A stretch of 56,667 nt of DNA from an uncultured Elusimicrobia bacterium. Its GTDB lineage: Bacteria; Elusimicrobiota; Elusimicrobia; UBA1565; UBA9628. The stretch is from NCBI GenBank assembly GCA_964653765.1, contig CAZZGQ010000002.1, forward strand, positions 1-56,667, read 5' to 3'. Under the pieces are notes generated by a model. The model had not been told where the DNA came from. It searched no databases and saw only the letters and a program-made list of their open reading frames with translations. Of this stretch, positions 46,742-55,520 are shown piece by piece. How positions within the stretch are numbered: the first letter of the stretch is position 1; each line of letters begins with the position of its first letter. The position numbers were made by a program, and so were the translations under genes.

Positions 46742-47514
46742 CGCGGGAGAAAATCGTCGGAATTGTGCCGGCGCGGATGGCGGCGTCTCGTTTTCCTGGA
46801 AAGCCGCTACATCCTATTCTCGGCCGGCCAATGATTGAACATGTATTTAGACGCGCTGAGCGCTTTAAAGGGTGGGACGGACTGCATCTGGCGACGTGCG
46901 ACGGCGCGATCGCCGATTTTGGTCACTCCAAGGGTTGGTCGGTGATAATGACAAGCGATAAGCACACTCGCTGCTTGGACCGGATTGCCGAGGCTGCCGG
47001 CAAGTGCGGCTTAAAACTCGCGCCAACGGACATTGTCGTTTGCGTTCAAGGCGACGAGCCAATGCTGCATCCAGACATGATCGCGGCAGCGATCCAGCCC
47101 CTAAAAAAGGATCGCCAAGCGCATGGAACCATCTTGGCGATGGAGATCGCGCAGCGCGAGCAGTTTGAGAATCCGGACACAGTCAAGATCGTCTACAACA
47201 AGGAAGGCGAGGTGCTTTACACGTCGCGCGCGCCCGTACCGTATTGCAAAGGCACGTTCTCCGTCGATCATGGGGCGAGGAGAATCTATGGCATTTTCGC
47301 GTTTCGCTGGAACGCGTTAAAGACTTTTACGAGGATGAAAGAAGGTCGCCTTGAACGGCTTGAATCGTGCGACAGCAATCGCCTGCTTGACGGAAAAGTC
47401 AGACAGAGAATCGCGCCGTATCCGTTCCGTCCTTCGTTTTCCGTTGATAGTCCGGCCGATATCCACCTCGTGGAGGAACACATGCGGAAGGATCCGCTAT
47501 GGGGGCGGTATTAG
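46738..47514 (+). CDS. kdsB: 3-deoxy-manno-octulosonate cytidylyltransferase family, paralogue 2
   Basis: VPARMAASRFPGKPL, DRIAEA, QGDEP, Y.SRAP.P, LE..ES.D.NR, SVDSP.D. Confidence 0.85.
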   Translation: MTREKIVGIVPARMAASRFPGKPLHPILGRPMIEHVFRRAERFKGWDGLHLATCDGAIADFGHSKGWSVIMTSDKHTRCLDRIAEAAGKCGLKLAPTDIVVCVQGDEPMLHPDMIAAAIQPLKKDRQAHGTILAMEIAQREQFENPDTVKIVYNKEGEVLYTSRAPVPYCKGTFSVDHGARRIYGIFAFRWNALKTFTRMKEGRLERLESCDSNRLLDGKVRQRIAPYPFRPSFSVDSPADIHLVEEHMRKDPLWGRY

Positions 47515-47515
47515 C

Positions 47516-48253
47516 GTGAGTACGGTTCGGAAAATCATTTCTCGAATCAGAAGTTGGAAGCAGGAGTTGACGGCGCCGCAGCAATTCAGGATGCAGTATT
47601 ACTCGAATCTGAAAACGCTGAGGACGGATTCGAAGCGCCCAGTTCTTAAGGAATTCCATTGCGATGCCACGGATCACCCAGTTTCCTACGTGGATTTCGA
47701 GTGCTCCTTCGCGGCTCGCCACATCGGCAAGAAAAATCCGACAACGATCCTGGACATTGGATCATATCGGCATTTCATTTTGGGATTGCAGGCAAAATAT
47801 AAGGTGACGACCCTCGATGTGCGGCCCAGGCCGAAAGCGACCGATAACGAGGTCGTCATCACCGGGGATGCCAAGCGATTGGATCTTCCGGACAACTCCA
47901 TTGACGCCGTTGTATCGCTGTGCGCCATAGAGCATTTTGGCTTGGGACGATACGGGGACGAATTTGATTTGAGCGGCGATAAGAAGGCCTGCCAAGAAAT
48001 GATCCGAGTCTTAAATCCAGGCGGAGTTTTGATCCTCACGACGACGATCACGCAAGGAAGCGCCCTGACCGTTTTTAACGCGCACCGCATCTACGATTAC
48101 GCGGCGATCCAGGCGTTGCTCGCTCCGCTTGAACGCGTCGAGGAGGCGTTCTTTAGTCATAATAAAGGCGGATGGTGCTCGCGTGAGGAGGTTTCGAGCG
48201 TGCCTGGGATTTGGGACGTCTACTGCGGCTGTTGGAAAAAGCCGGCAAATTAA
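47516..48253 (+). CDS. DUF268-like SAM-dependent methyltransferase-fold protein
   Basis: LDIGS, LD.R, SLCAIEHFGLGRYGD, HR.Y. Confidence 0.72.
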   Translation: MSTVRKIISRIRSWKQELTAPQQFRMQYYSNLKTLRTDSKRPVLKEFHCDATDHPVSYVDFECSFAARHIGKKNPTTILDIGSYRHFILGLQAKYKVTTLDVRPRPKATDNEVVITGDAKRLDLPDNSIDAVVSLCAIEHFGLGRYGDEFDLSGDKKACQEMIRVLNPGGVLILTTTITQGSALTVFNAHRIYDYAAIQALLAPLERVEEAFFSHNKGGWCSREEVSSVPGIWDVYCGCWKKPAN

Positions 48254-48263
48254 GAGGCAGAGA

Positions 48264-49601
48264 GTGAGGCTTCAGTCGACGTGGGTCGAGAAAAGCGCCA
48301 AAGCAGCGGCGCTTTGGATCATCGTCCTGATTTGGGCCTTGCATTTAGTCTATCCGATGCAGCGGCTTCAAGACGCACGATGGCTGATTTTCGGCAATAG
48401 TGTTCCGATTTATTTCTTCTTCATTGTCCCGCCCGTTTTGATCGCGGGGATTTTAACCGTGCTCTTCAAGCGCCAGTGGTCTAAATGGGAGCTGCTGTGG
48501 CTTGCTCTGCCCTTGATCTGCCTGCCTGGGGTTTTTGTCAGCACGGATCGCCTGTGGTCGCTGCGGCAATGGTCGAGCTTTATGATCCGCGGCCCGATTC
48601 CCGGCGGCGTCCTTTTTTTTGCGGCGCGCGCCCGCTCGCGCAGTTTCATCGTCGCTTGGATATACCCAGCGATCCTCGCGGCGGCTCTGATTGGTCTTGT
48701 GGAAGTGCTCTTTCATTTCAATCCCATTTGGAAAGACTTCAGCAACGTGATCCAAGAGACGGGCCAGATCACCAATCCTTTTTACCGCCCAGGTTATCAA
48801 ATGGCGCCGCCGACGCCGCCAAGGGGTACGCAGGGCAATAGAATTCCTTATGCGGCGACGCTGGTTGGTTTTTTCCCGCTGGGAATTTGGGTGCTCAAGC
48901 ATAAGAAATGGCCCCCGACGACCGCCTACGCGGCGGTTTGCTTGCTTTCATCCATTCTGATCTTGGCGGGATCAAGATCGGCTTGGATGGGGTTAGGTGT
49001 CAGTCTGGTATTGATGGCGTCCACGGGCCTTATTAAAAGCAGATTCGAATGGTTGAGCATTGCCGGTAGCGTTCTCTTCCTCTTGGGCGCCGCGTGCGCA
49101 TTGCCTGGTCCCCGCCATGCGCTGTGGAGCCGACTCCATTCGTTCCATTTCGCGGAAAACGGAATTCGTACCCGCCTTTACGGGTGGGAGACCGCCCGGA
49201 TGTTGAAGGATTGTTGGGCCTGGGGGGTTGGTTACGGCCAATATCCAAGCGCCGCCGATCGTTATTATCGCGGTCCCCGATGGCTGCCTTATTTCCACGG
49301 ACAAACTTGGATTGGAACGCCCGATAGTCAATATCTTCGATGGGCGATCGAGAATGGCATTTTGAGTTTGACCTTACTCGCCGCTTTTTTTGCAGGCCTT
49401 ATCCGCGAGAGTTGGGCCAGGATTCAATCTATTGCAGACGCCGAGGCGGTCGACTTTTACAAAGCACTGCTGGCCGGATGGGCGGCGGTCGCCACCACTT
49501 TTATGTTCTTTGATGGGTATTATTGGGGAGCCTGCAATATGACGTTCTGGGCCTTGCTGGGGTTATTCGCCACAAGCCTCGACGGCGCTGAGCTATGGTA
49601 G
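48264..49601 (+). CDS. O-antigen ligase (WaaL)-family membrane protein
   Basis: About 12 TMs, GTQGN, LAGSRSAW, R...W......GVG.GQY, SQYL.W..ENG. Confidence 0.78.
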   Translation: MRLQSTWVEKSAKAAALWIIVLIWALHLVYPMQRLQDARWLIFGNSVPIYFFFIVPPVLIAGILTVLFKRQWSKWELLWLALPLICLPGVFVSTDRLWSLRQWSSFMIRGPIPGGVLFFAARARSRSFIVAWIYPAILAAALIGLVEVLFHFNPIWKDFSNVIQETGQITNPFYRPGYQMAPPTPPRGTQGNRIPYAATLVGFFPLGIWVLKHKKWPPTTAYAAVCLLSSILILAGSRSAWMGLGVSLVLMASTGLIKSRFEWLSIAGSVLFLLGAACALPGPRHALWSRLHSFHFAENGIRTRLYGWETARMLKDCWAWGVGYGQYPSAADRYYRGPRWLPYFHGQTWIGTPDSQYLRWAIENGILSLTLLAAFFAGLIRESWARIQSIADAEAVDFYKALLAGWAAVATTFMFFDGYYWGACNMTFWALLGLFATSLDGAELW

Positions 49602-50596
49602 AGTCTGTAAACCGCATGCCCTCGGTCCTCGTAACAGGAGCCACTGGTTTTGTGGGACGGGCGCTCTCCGCGAGGTTGCTAGCGGACGGCTGGCATGTTC
49701 GCGCGGCGATGCGTCAACCGGGTGACAAGCACCGGTTATTCCCTGGGGTTGAGCCGGTTCTTGTGGGCTCGATTGGGACTCCCATCTCGTGGGAACCCGC
49801 CTTATCGGGAGTACAAACGGTGGTCCATCTTGCCGCGAGGGCTCATGTCATGTCCGATAAGGCCTCCGATCCCTTGGCAGTCTATCGAGAGATTAACGTC
49901 CAGGGAACTCGCCAATTGGCGCGGGCTGCCGCCGCTGCAGGGACCGTCCAGTTCATCTATTTAAGCTCCGTCAAAGTCAACGGCGAGGGCACCACTCGGC
50001 CCTACACCGAAAAGGATTTACCTGAGCCTGAGGATCCCTACGGAATAAGCAAATGGGAATCTGAGCAAGTGCTGCGCCAGATCGCGGCAGACTCTTGTCT
50101 CGTGCCTGTGGTACTGAGGCCTCCACTGATTTATGGGCCTGGAGTCAGAGCTAATTTCCTCAAGCTCATGGAAGCTGCGGCCAGAGGGCTCCCGTTGCCG
50201 CTGGCTTCGGTTCACAATAGGCGCAGCTTGATTTTCCTGGGGAACCTGGTTGATGCGATAGCAGCTTGCTTGGGACGGTATCCTTCCGCGCCCCGCACGT
50301 TTCTCGTCAGCGATGGCGAGGATATATCAACCGCGGATCTCGTCCGGCGCATGGCGCAGTCTTCGGGACGGAGGGCCCGACTTTTCGCCTGTCCACCGGC
50401 CGTCCTCGGTGCGGCGGCCCGTCTGGTGGGGCGCGCCGCTGAAGCCAAAAGACTTCTGGGCAGTCTCACCGTCGACTCTTCGGCCATTCGTGCGGAGCTC
50501 AGATGGCGTCCGCCTTATACGATGGCGAGAGGGTTGGAAGAAACCTCGTCATGGTACTGGAGCGGTCGCGCAAAGAGGGCTGTGGCCAGGGCATGA
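49595..50596 (+). CDS. NAD-dependent 4-epimerase/4-reductase (WbpV/WbpK-like)
   Basis: TGATGFVG, HLAARAHV, SSVKVNGE, P.DPYG.SK.E.E, RPPL.YGPGV.ANF, NRRS.I...NL. Confidence 0.88.
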   Translation: MVESVNRMPSVLVTGATGFVGRALSARLLADGWHVRAAMRQPGDKHRLFPGVEPVLVGSIGTPISWEPALSGVQTVVHLAARAHVMSDKASDPLAVYREINVQGTRQLARAAAAAGTVQFIYLSSVKVNGEGTTRPYTEKDLPEPEDPYGISKWESEQVLRQIAADSCLVPVVLRPPLIYGPGVRANFLKLMEAAARGLPLPLASVHNRRSLIFLGNLVDAIAACLGRYPSAPRTFLVSDGEDISTADLVRRMAQSSGRRARLFACPPAVLGAAARLVGRAAEAKRLLGSLTVDSSAIRAELRWRPPYTMARGLEETSSWYWSGRAKRAVARA

Positions 50597-51645
50597 GCAG
50601 CGAAATATTGACGGTGAGCTATGCGCTTGCCGCCTTTGCCGCGGCGGCCGGCTCTTGGGCGTTAGCCCGTTGGTACGACCGGATCCCCCTTGTTGACATC
50701 CCTAACCAGCGGAGTTCTCATCGAATGCCCAAGCCGAGATCCGGAGGGATCGCCATACTCCTGGGATTGCTGGCAGGATCGACCCTCATCGCCTTGGTCG
50801 ATCGGCCATTCTTTGGGACGGCTACGTCATGGATCTTGGGTGGCGGCGCGGCCTTCTTTCTTTTAGGCCTTCTCGATGACGTGTTTTGTCTTCCGGAATG
50901 GTCAAGGCTTCTGGCGCAGGTCGTATTGGCGATCGCGATTTCGACCTGGGGGCTTGGATTGCGGTTCATCGAGCTGCCCGGGATGAAGCCGTGGCCGCTT
51001 CCCAAGATGGCTTCTATTGCGCTCACATCGTTCTGGTACGTCGGTTTCGTCAATCTATTTAACTTCATGGATGGGACCGATGGCATGGCCGCTGGAGAGG
51101 CCGCGCTTGCGGGTCTTGCGATGGCGTTCCTCGGCGGGAATCTTCTTCCGCTGCTTGTTTCCGCCGCGGCGTTCGGCTTTCTTTTGACTAACTATCCGCC
51201 GGCTCTCATATTTATGGGCGACAGCGGCAGCTATCTTCTAGGCTTCTTGTTGGCCGCTTCCGCGATTATGGGCGAAAGGAGCGGGGTTCCTTTTGTGGCG
51301 TTTATCCTGGTCCTGGGAACTTTCATCACTGACACGACCGTTACGTTATTCCGGCGAATGCTCGCAGGGGAGCGCTGGTTTAAGGCGCACCGTTCGCATT
51401 ATTATCAGAAGCTGACCGATCTCGGCATGAGCCATGCGCGTGTTCTTGGAATCAATCTGACCCTGACGATCGTCTTGAGTCTCAGTGCCTTTGTCTATGT
51501 CATGCAAAGCGCCTTGATCCAGCTGGGCATCCTTGGGGGCTGGCTGATGGCCTTCCTGTGCGGGATACGCTGGATCCATAGGCAAAAGAAACCCTCCGAT
51601 TTAAAGCGGCCTTCTGCTATGGCTTATGAGTTGAGCTCGCAATGA
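50593..51645 (+). CDS. MraY/WecA/WbpL-family undecaprenyl-phosphate sugar-1-phosphate transferase (initiating)
   Basis: D.PN.RSSH..P.PR.GG, GLLDD, NLFNFMDG.DG, FMGDSGS, AHR.H.YQ. Confidence 0.92.
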   Translation: MSSEILTVSYALAAFAAAAGSWALARWYDRIPLVDIPNQRSSHRMPKPRSGGIAILLGLLAGSTLIALVDRPFFGTATSWILGGGAAFFLLGLLDDVFCLPEWSRLLAQVVLAIAISTWGLGLRFIELPGMKPWPLPKMASIALTSFWYVGFVNLFNFMDGTDGMAAGEAALAGLAMAFLGGNLLPLLVSAAAFGFLLTNYPPALIFMGDSGSYLLGFLLAASAIMGERSGVPFVAFILVLGTFITDTTVTLFRRMLAGERWFKAHRSHYYQKLTDLGMSHARVLGINLTLTIVLSLSAFVYVMQSALIQLGILGGWLMAFLCGIRWIHRQKKPSDLKRPSAMAYELSSQ

Positions 51646-51693
51646 GAAATCAATCGGGCTGCTTCGTCCCAAGCAACGGCGTGGGCAGCAACA

Positions 51694-51702
51694 TGATAGA
51701 AT
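51694..51702 (+). promoter_or_regulatory. Extended -10 element, possibly for a leaderless transcript
   Basis: TG-A-TAGAAT ending 6 nt before ATG 51709. Confidence 0.5.
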
Positions 51703-51708
51703 AGGCAG

Positions 51709-53613
51709 ATGTTGCGTCCCAGCATGAATCAGAGGCGTCTTCTCGTAATCGCTTTTGACGCTGTCGTCGTTGTCGTCGCCTATGTCCTCGCCTTCCTGCT
51801 GCGCTTCGATCTGCGGCTTAACTGGGACAATCTGGCCATCATCCGGGCGACGTTTCCGTGCCTTGCACCGTATCTCGTCTCTTTCTGGGCATTTTCGATG
51901 TATCAAGGTATCTACTATTTCTCGAGCTTCGAGGACCTGCTCAACATCACGCAAGGTGTTCTCGCGGGGGCTCTTGTTAGCGGTGCGGCGATCCTCTTCT
52001 TTAGACAGGGTCAGTTCCCGCGGTCCGTGCTGTTCATTCACCCGATCATCACGTTCCTAGGAGTGGGTTGGATCCGCTTCGGCATCCGCCTCATCAAGAG
52101 TCGTCTGAACATGCCCCGTATATATTCCGGCGGATACCGCGATGTCCTGATCATCGGTGCCGGAGAGCTCGCTGAGGGCTTGGTCCGGCAGATGCGCAGA
52201 ACCAAGGAGCCGCGGTATCGCGTCGTGGGCTTCATCGACGATGACCGGGATAAGTGGGGGCGCCGCATCCACGGCTCCCCCGTCTTTGGCGGCCACAAGT
52301 CCATTGCCGAGGTTTTTGAGCGGCATCACGTAGACGAAATTGTTATCACCATCGCGACGCGCCGGGCTGAGGTGGTTCGCGCCGTGATGGAGAGCCTCCG
52401 CGACTGCGAGCAGAAGCCGCAGGTCAAGATTGCGCCCGCCCTCGATGAGATGTTGCGCGCGCCGAATATCGACGCCGGCTCGTTGCGCAAGGTCCGGCCG
52501 GCCGACCTTCTCAATCGCGACGTTGTCCGCTTGGATATGACCCGGATCGCGCATTTCATCCAGGGCAAGACTGTGCTGGTCACCGGCGCTGGTGGGACGA
52601 TCGGGTCCGAACTCTGCCGGCAGGTGCTGCAATATGGTCCGGGTCGGCTCGTCCTCATCGAGAGCCATGCCACGTCCCTCTTCTACTCTGCGAGTGAGCT
52701 CACGGCAAGGGCGCCGCAGGGCGTGGAGATCGTACCGGTGTTGGGCGACATCCGGGATCAGGCTTTGATCGACCACGTCTTCAAGTGGTACAAGCCTCAA
52801 GTCGTGCTTCACGCCGCGGCGCATAAGCACGTCCATCAGCTCGAGTTCAACGTCCCTGAGGGAATCAGCAATAACGTGCTGGGGACGTATTACCTGGCCT
52901 GTGCCGCTAGGAAGTATGAGGCGGAGGCCCTTCTGCTTGTGTCGACCGACAAGGCTGTCAAGCCCTCGAGCGTCATGGGGGCAACCAAGCGCGCCGCAGA
53001 GCTTATCCTCAAGAGCTTCTCAGCGCTAGGGGGCAAGACGCGCTTTGTCTCCGTCCGTTTCGGGAACGTGCTGGGCAGCTCGGGCTCCGTGCTCGAGATC
53101 TTCCAACGGCAGATTGCCGCCGGCGGGCCGATCACCGTGACGCATCCTGACGTCACGCGATACTTCATGACCGTCGAGGAAGCCGTCCAGTTGATCCTTC
53201 AGGCCGCGACGATGGCTCGCGGGGGCGAGATCTTCGTGCTCAAGATGGGCACTCCTGTCCGGATCCTCGACATGGCGCGCAACCTCCTCCTTCTTTCCGG
53301 CCTCGAGCCCGGCAAGGATATCCGAATCCAGTTTACCGGCCTCAAGCAAGGGGAAAAGCTTGAAGAGGAGCTGATGGAGGATCCCGCGCACTGTGATGAC
53401 TCCGAGCATCCGTCCATCATGATCCTTCGGCCGGGAGCCGACCCTGCTACTCAGATCGAGAAGAAGATAGTCGATCTTGAGATCCTCAGCCGGACGGCCG
53501 GCTCCAGAACCTTGATCGCCAAGCTGCGGGAGCTCGTGCCGACCTTCGTTCCAGACGCCCACCACGAAGACCCTCAAGGCCGGACTGAGCCGGCGGCTGC
53601 TAACCCCAACTAA
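51709..53613 (+). CDS. Membrane-anchored UDP-GlcNAc 4,6-dehydratase (WbpM/PglF/CapD family)
   Basis: 4 N-terminal TMs, GAG..G, TGAGGTIGSELC.Q, HAAAHKHV, STDKAV.P.SVMGATKR, VRFGNVLGSSGSV, RYFMT..EA. Confidence 0.95.
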   Translation: MLRPSMNQRRLLVIAFDAVVVVVAYVLAFLLRFDLRLNWDNLAIIRATFPCLAPYLVSFWAFSMYQGIYYFSSFEDLLNITQGVLAGALVSGAAILFFRQGQFPRSVLFIHPIITFLGVGWIRFGIRLIKSRLNMPRIYSGGYRDVLIIGAGELAEGLVRQMRRTKEPRYRVVGFIDDDRDKWGRRIHGSPVFGGHKSIAEVFERHHVDEIVITIATRRAEVVRAVMESLRDCEQKPQVKIAPALDEMLRAPNIDAGSLRKVRPADLLNRDVVRLDMTRIAHFIQGKTVLVTGAGGTIGSELCRQVLQYGPGRLVLIESHATSLFYSASELTARAPQGVEIVPVLGDIRDQALIDHVFKWYKPQVVLHAAAHKHVHQLEFNVPEGISNNVLGTYYLACAARKYEAEALLLVSTDKAVKPSSVMGATKRAAELILKSFSALGGKTRFVSVRFGNVLGSSGSVLEIFQRQIAAGGPITVTHPDVTRYFMTVEEAVQLILQAATMARGGEIFVLKMGTPVRILDMARNLLLLSGLEPGKDIRIQFTGLKQGEKLEEELMEDPAHCDDSEHPSIMILRPGADPATQIEKKIVDLEILSRTAGSRTLIAKLRELVPTFVPDAHHEDPQGRTEPAAANPN

Positions 53614-53618
53614 TAACC

Positions 53619-54377
53619 GTGGGCAATATCTCCTACCAGACCGCCGAACTGGCGCGTTATTTTGACGGCTACCGAAATAAGTGGTCTGATTTCTATCCTT
53701 CCGAACGCTGGGTCATCGAGCGAGTGGCCACGGAATCGGCGGGGCTCGGACGAGTCCTCGATGTGGGCTGCGCCCAGGGAGGGCTCGGGAAGGCTCTGGC
53801 GCAGCAGAAGCTCCTGCGATCCTACGCCGGCATTGATATCAATGGGCCAGCCATCGCCGGGGCTTTGCAAGAAAGCACTCGTCTAGGCGTGCCGACCCGC
53901 TTCGAATGCGCCGATATCCTCAAAGGAGCGGCGTTTCGACGAGAATCATTCGATACCGTTTTTAATCTGAGCTGCGCCGATTGGAATGTGGAGACGAATC
54001 GGATCATCGATGCGTCCTGGCGCAAAGTAGCTCCGGAAGGTCATCTCATCATTTCTCTACGCCTGACCGGCGGCAAGGGGATCAACGATATCCGTCGAAG
54101 CTATCAGCCGATCGTTAGCGAGGGGGCGGCTCAGGAGTCCGCCGAGCGCGCCAACTACGTCGTCTTCAACGTCAACGACGCGCTAAGGCTGTTTGCTCTT
54201 CTTCCTCGCGCTGAGCGCCTCTTAGCCTACGGCTACTGGGGCAAGCCGTCCTCGACCGCGGTAACGCCCTACCAATCGCTGGTATTCGCGGTATTCGCGA
54301 TCAAGAAGGGCGTTGAGGATCGGAAGACGCCTTCGTCGGAGTTGCGCTTACCCCTGTCGCTCTGGGAAGTCGCTTAA
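53619..54377 (+). CDS. Class I SAM-dependent methyltransferase
   Basis: YPSE..V, VLDVGCAQGG, Y.GIDI. Confidence 0.8.
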   Translation: MGNISYQTAELARYFDGYRNKWSDFYPSERWVIERVATESAGLGRVLDVGCAQGGLGKALAQQKLLRSYAGIDINGPAIAGALQESTRLGVPTRFECADILKGAAFRRESFDTVFNLSCADWNVETNRIIDASWRKVAPEGHLIISLRLTGGKGINDIRRSYQPIVSEGAAQESAERANYVVFNVNDALRLFALLPRAERLLAYGYWGKPSSTAVTPYQSLVFAVFAIKKGVEDRKTPSSELRLPLSLWEVA

Positions 54378-55519
54378 CAGCTTAGCGCTGTCGCCGGGCG
54401 CTGAGAGCGGGCGTTCTGGACAGCAGCGGCGAAGCGCCCCAGGAAGACCTTGCGGTCGAAGCGCTCGGCGTGCGCGCGGATTGCCATCCGGTCGAAAGTG
54501 ATGCTTTCGGCTCGGCGTAGGGCCTCCGCCATTGAATCAGCCGTCTGCGCCGGAAACAGGACGCCGGTGGCCCCGTCGATGACGGTCTCGAGCGCGCCTC
54601 CCCGGCCGAAGGCGATGACAGGCTTACCACAAGCCATAGCCTCCACGGCCGAGATGCCGAAGTCTTCGTCCTGAGGGAAGAGCAGGGCGCGGCAACCCTG
54701 GTAGAGGTCGCGCAGCTCCTCGTTGGAGCGCCAGCCTAAGAATTCTGTCTGGGTCCCTTGCGCCAAGCGGCGCAGGCTCTTCTCGTCGTTGCCGATGCCG
54801 ACGATCTTGAGCCGGGCGCCCAGGATACTGCAGGCGTCGATGGCCACGTCGACGCGCTTGTAGGGCACCAGGGCTCCTGCGACCAGATAGTAGCCTTCTT
54901 CTCGCGGAGGCTTGTCCGAGGGGGTGAAGAAGTCGGTGTCTACGGGCGGGTAAATCACCTCGGCGTCTCGATCGTAGCTTTTCTGGATGCGGTCGCGGAC
55001 GTTCCCGCTGTTGGCGATGAAATAGTCCACTGAGCGGCTGGACTGAACGTCCCAGCGCATCAGCCAGGGCCGCAATAGTCTTGCTCCCGGCCTCAACCAG
55101 GACAGCGATCCTTGATTAAAATAATTCTCGAATTGATAATGCAGATAGCGCATCGGCGTGTGGCAGTAGCATACGTGGAGCGGACGCTTGTCGCTGGACT
55201 TGGAGCTTGTTTTGGCGCCCTTGGCGACGCAGTGGCTCGAGGAGATGACGAGGTCGTAGCCCGACAGGTCGAACGTTTCCACCGCTTGCGGCATGAGAGG
55301 CAGAAGGTAGCGGTAATAGGACCGCACCAACGGCAGGCGCTGAAGCCAGGAGGGCTTGATAGGCATTCGAGCGAGCTTGCCGCCGATCCTGTCTTTATCG
55401 TAAAGCAGGGTGAAGATCTCAGCTTGGGGGAACAGCTCGCAGATGGCCTCCAGCACCTTCTCGCCGCCGCGCATCCCGAGCAGCCAGTCGTGAACGACAG
55501 CGACCTTGAGATCGTTCAT
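54374..55519 (-). CDS. GT4 glycosyltransferase (WbaZ/RfbU-like mannosyltransferase family)
   Basis: VVHDWL..MRGGEKVL, SSSHCVAKG, YCHTPMRY, VIYPPVD, LVPYKR.D, EDFGI..VEAMACG.PVIA...GGA.ETV. Confidence 0.92.
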   Translation of the reverse strand: MNDLKVAVVHDWLLGMRGGEKVLEAICELFPQAEIFTLLYDKDRIGGKLARMPIKPSWLQRLPLVRSYYRYLLPLMPQAVETFDLSGYDLVISSSHCVAKGAKTSSKSSDKRPLHVCYCHTPMRYLHYQFENYFNQGSLSWLRPGARLLRPWLMRWDVQSSRSVDYFIANSGNVRDRIQKSYDRDAEVIYPPVDTDFFTPSDKPPREEGYYLVAGALVPYKRVDVAIDACSILGARLKIVGIGNDEKSLRRLAQGTQTEFLGWRSNEELRDLYQGCRALLFPQDEDFGISAVEAMACGKPVIAFGRGGALETVIDGATGVLFPAQTADSMAEALRRAESITFDRMAIRAHAERFDRKVFLGRFAAAVQNARSQRPATALSC

Positions 55520-55520
55520 C

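Noticed and set aside
20580-48620. Homopolymer runs (A8 at 20580, A8 at 35754, T8 at 48613) as phase-variation tracts
   Set aside because: Short, in frame, and explained by Lys/Phe codons in intact genes
51658-51689. Possible terminator hairpin before the wbpM-like gene
   Set aside because: Only short interrupted pairing (GCTGC/GCAGC) and no U-tract
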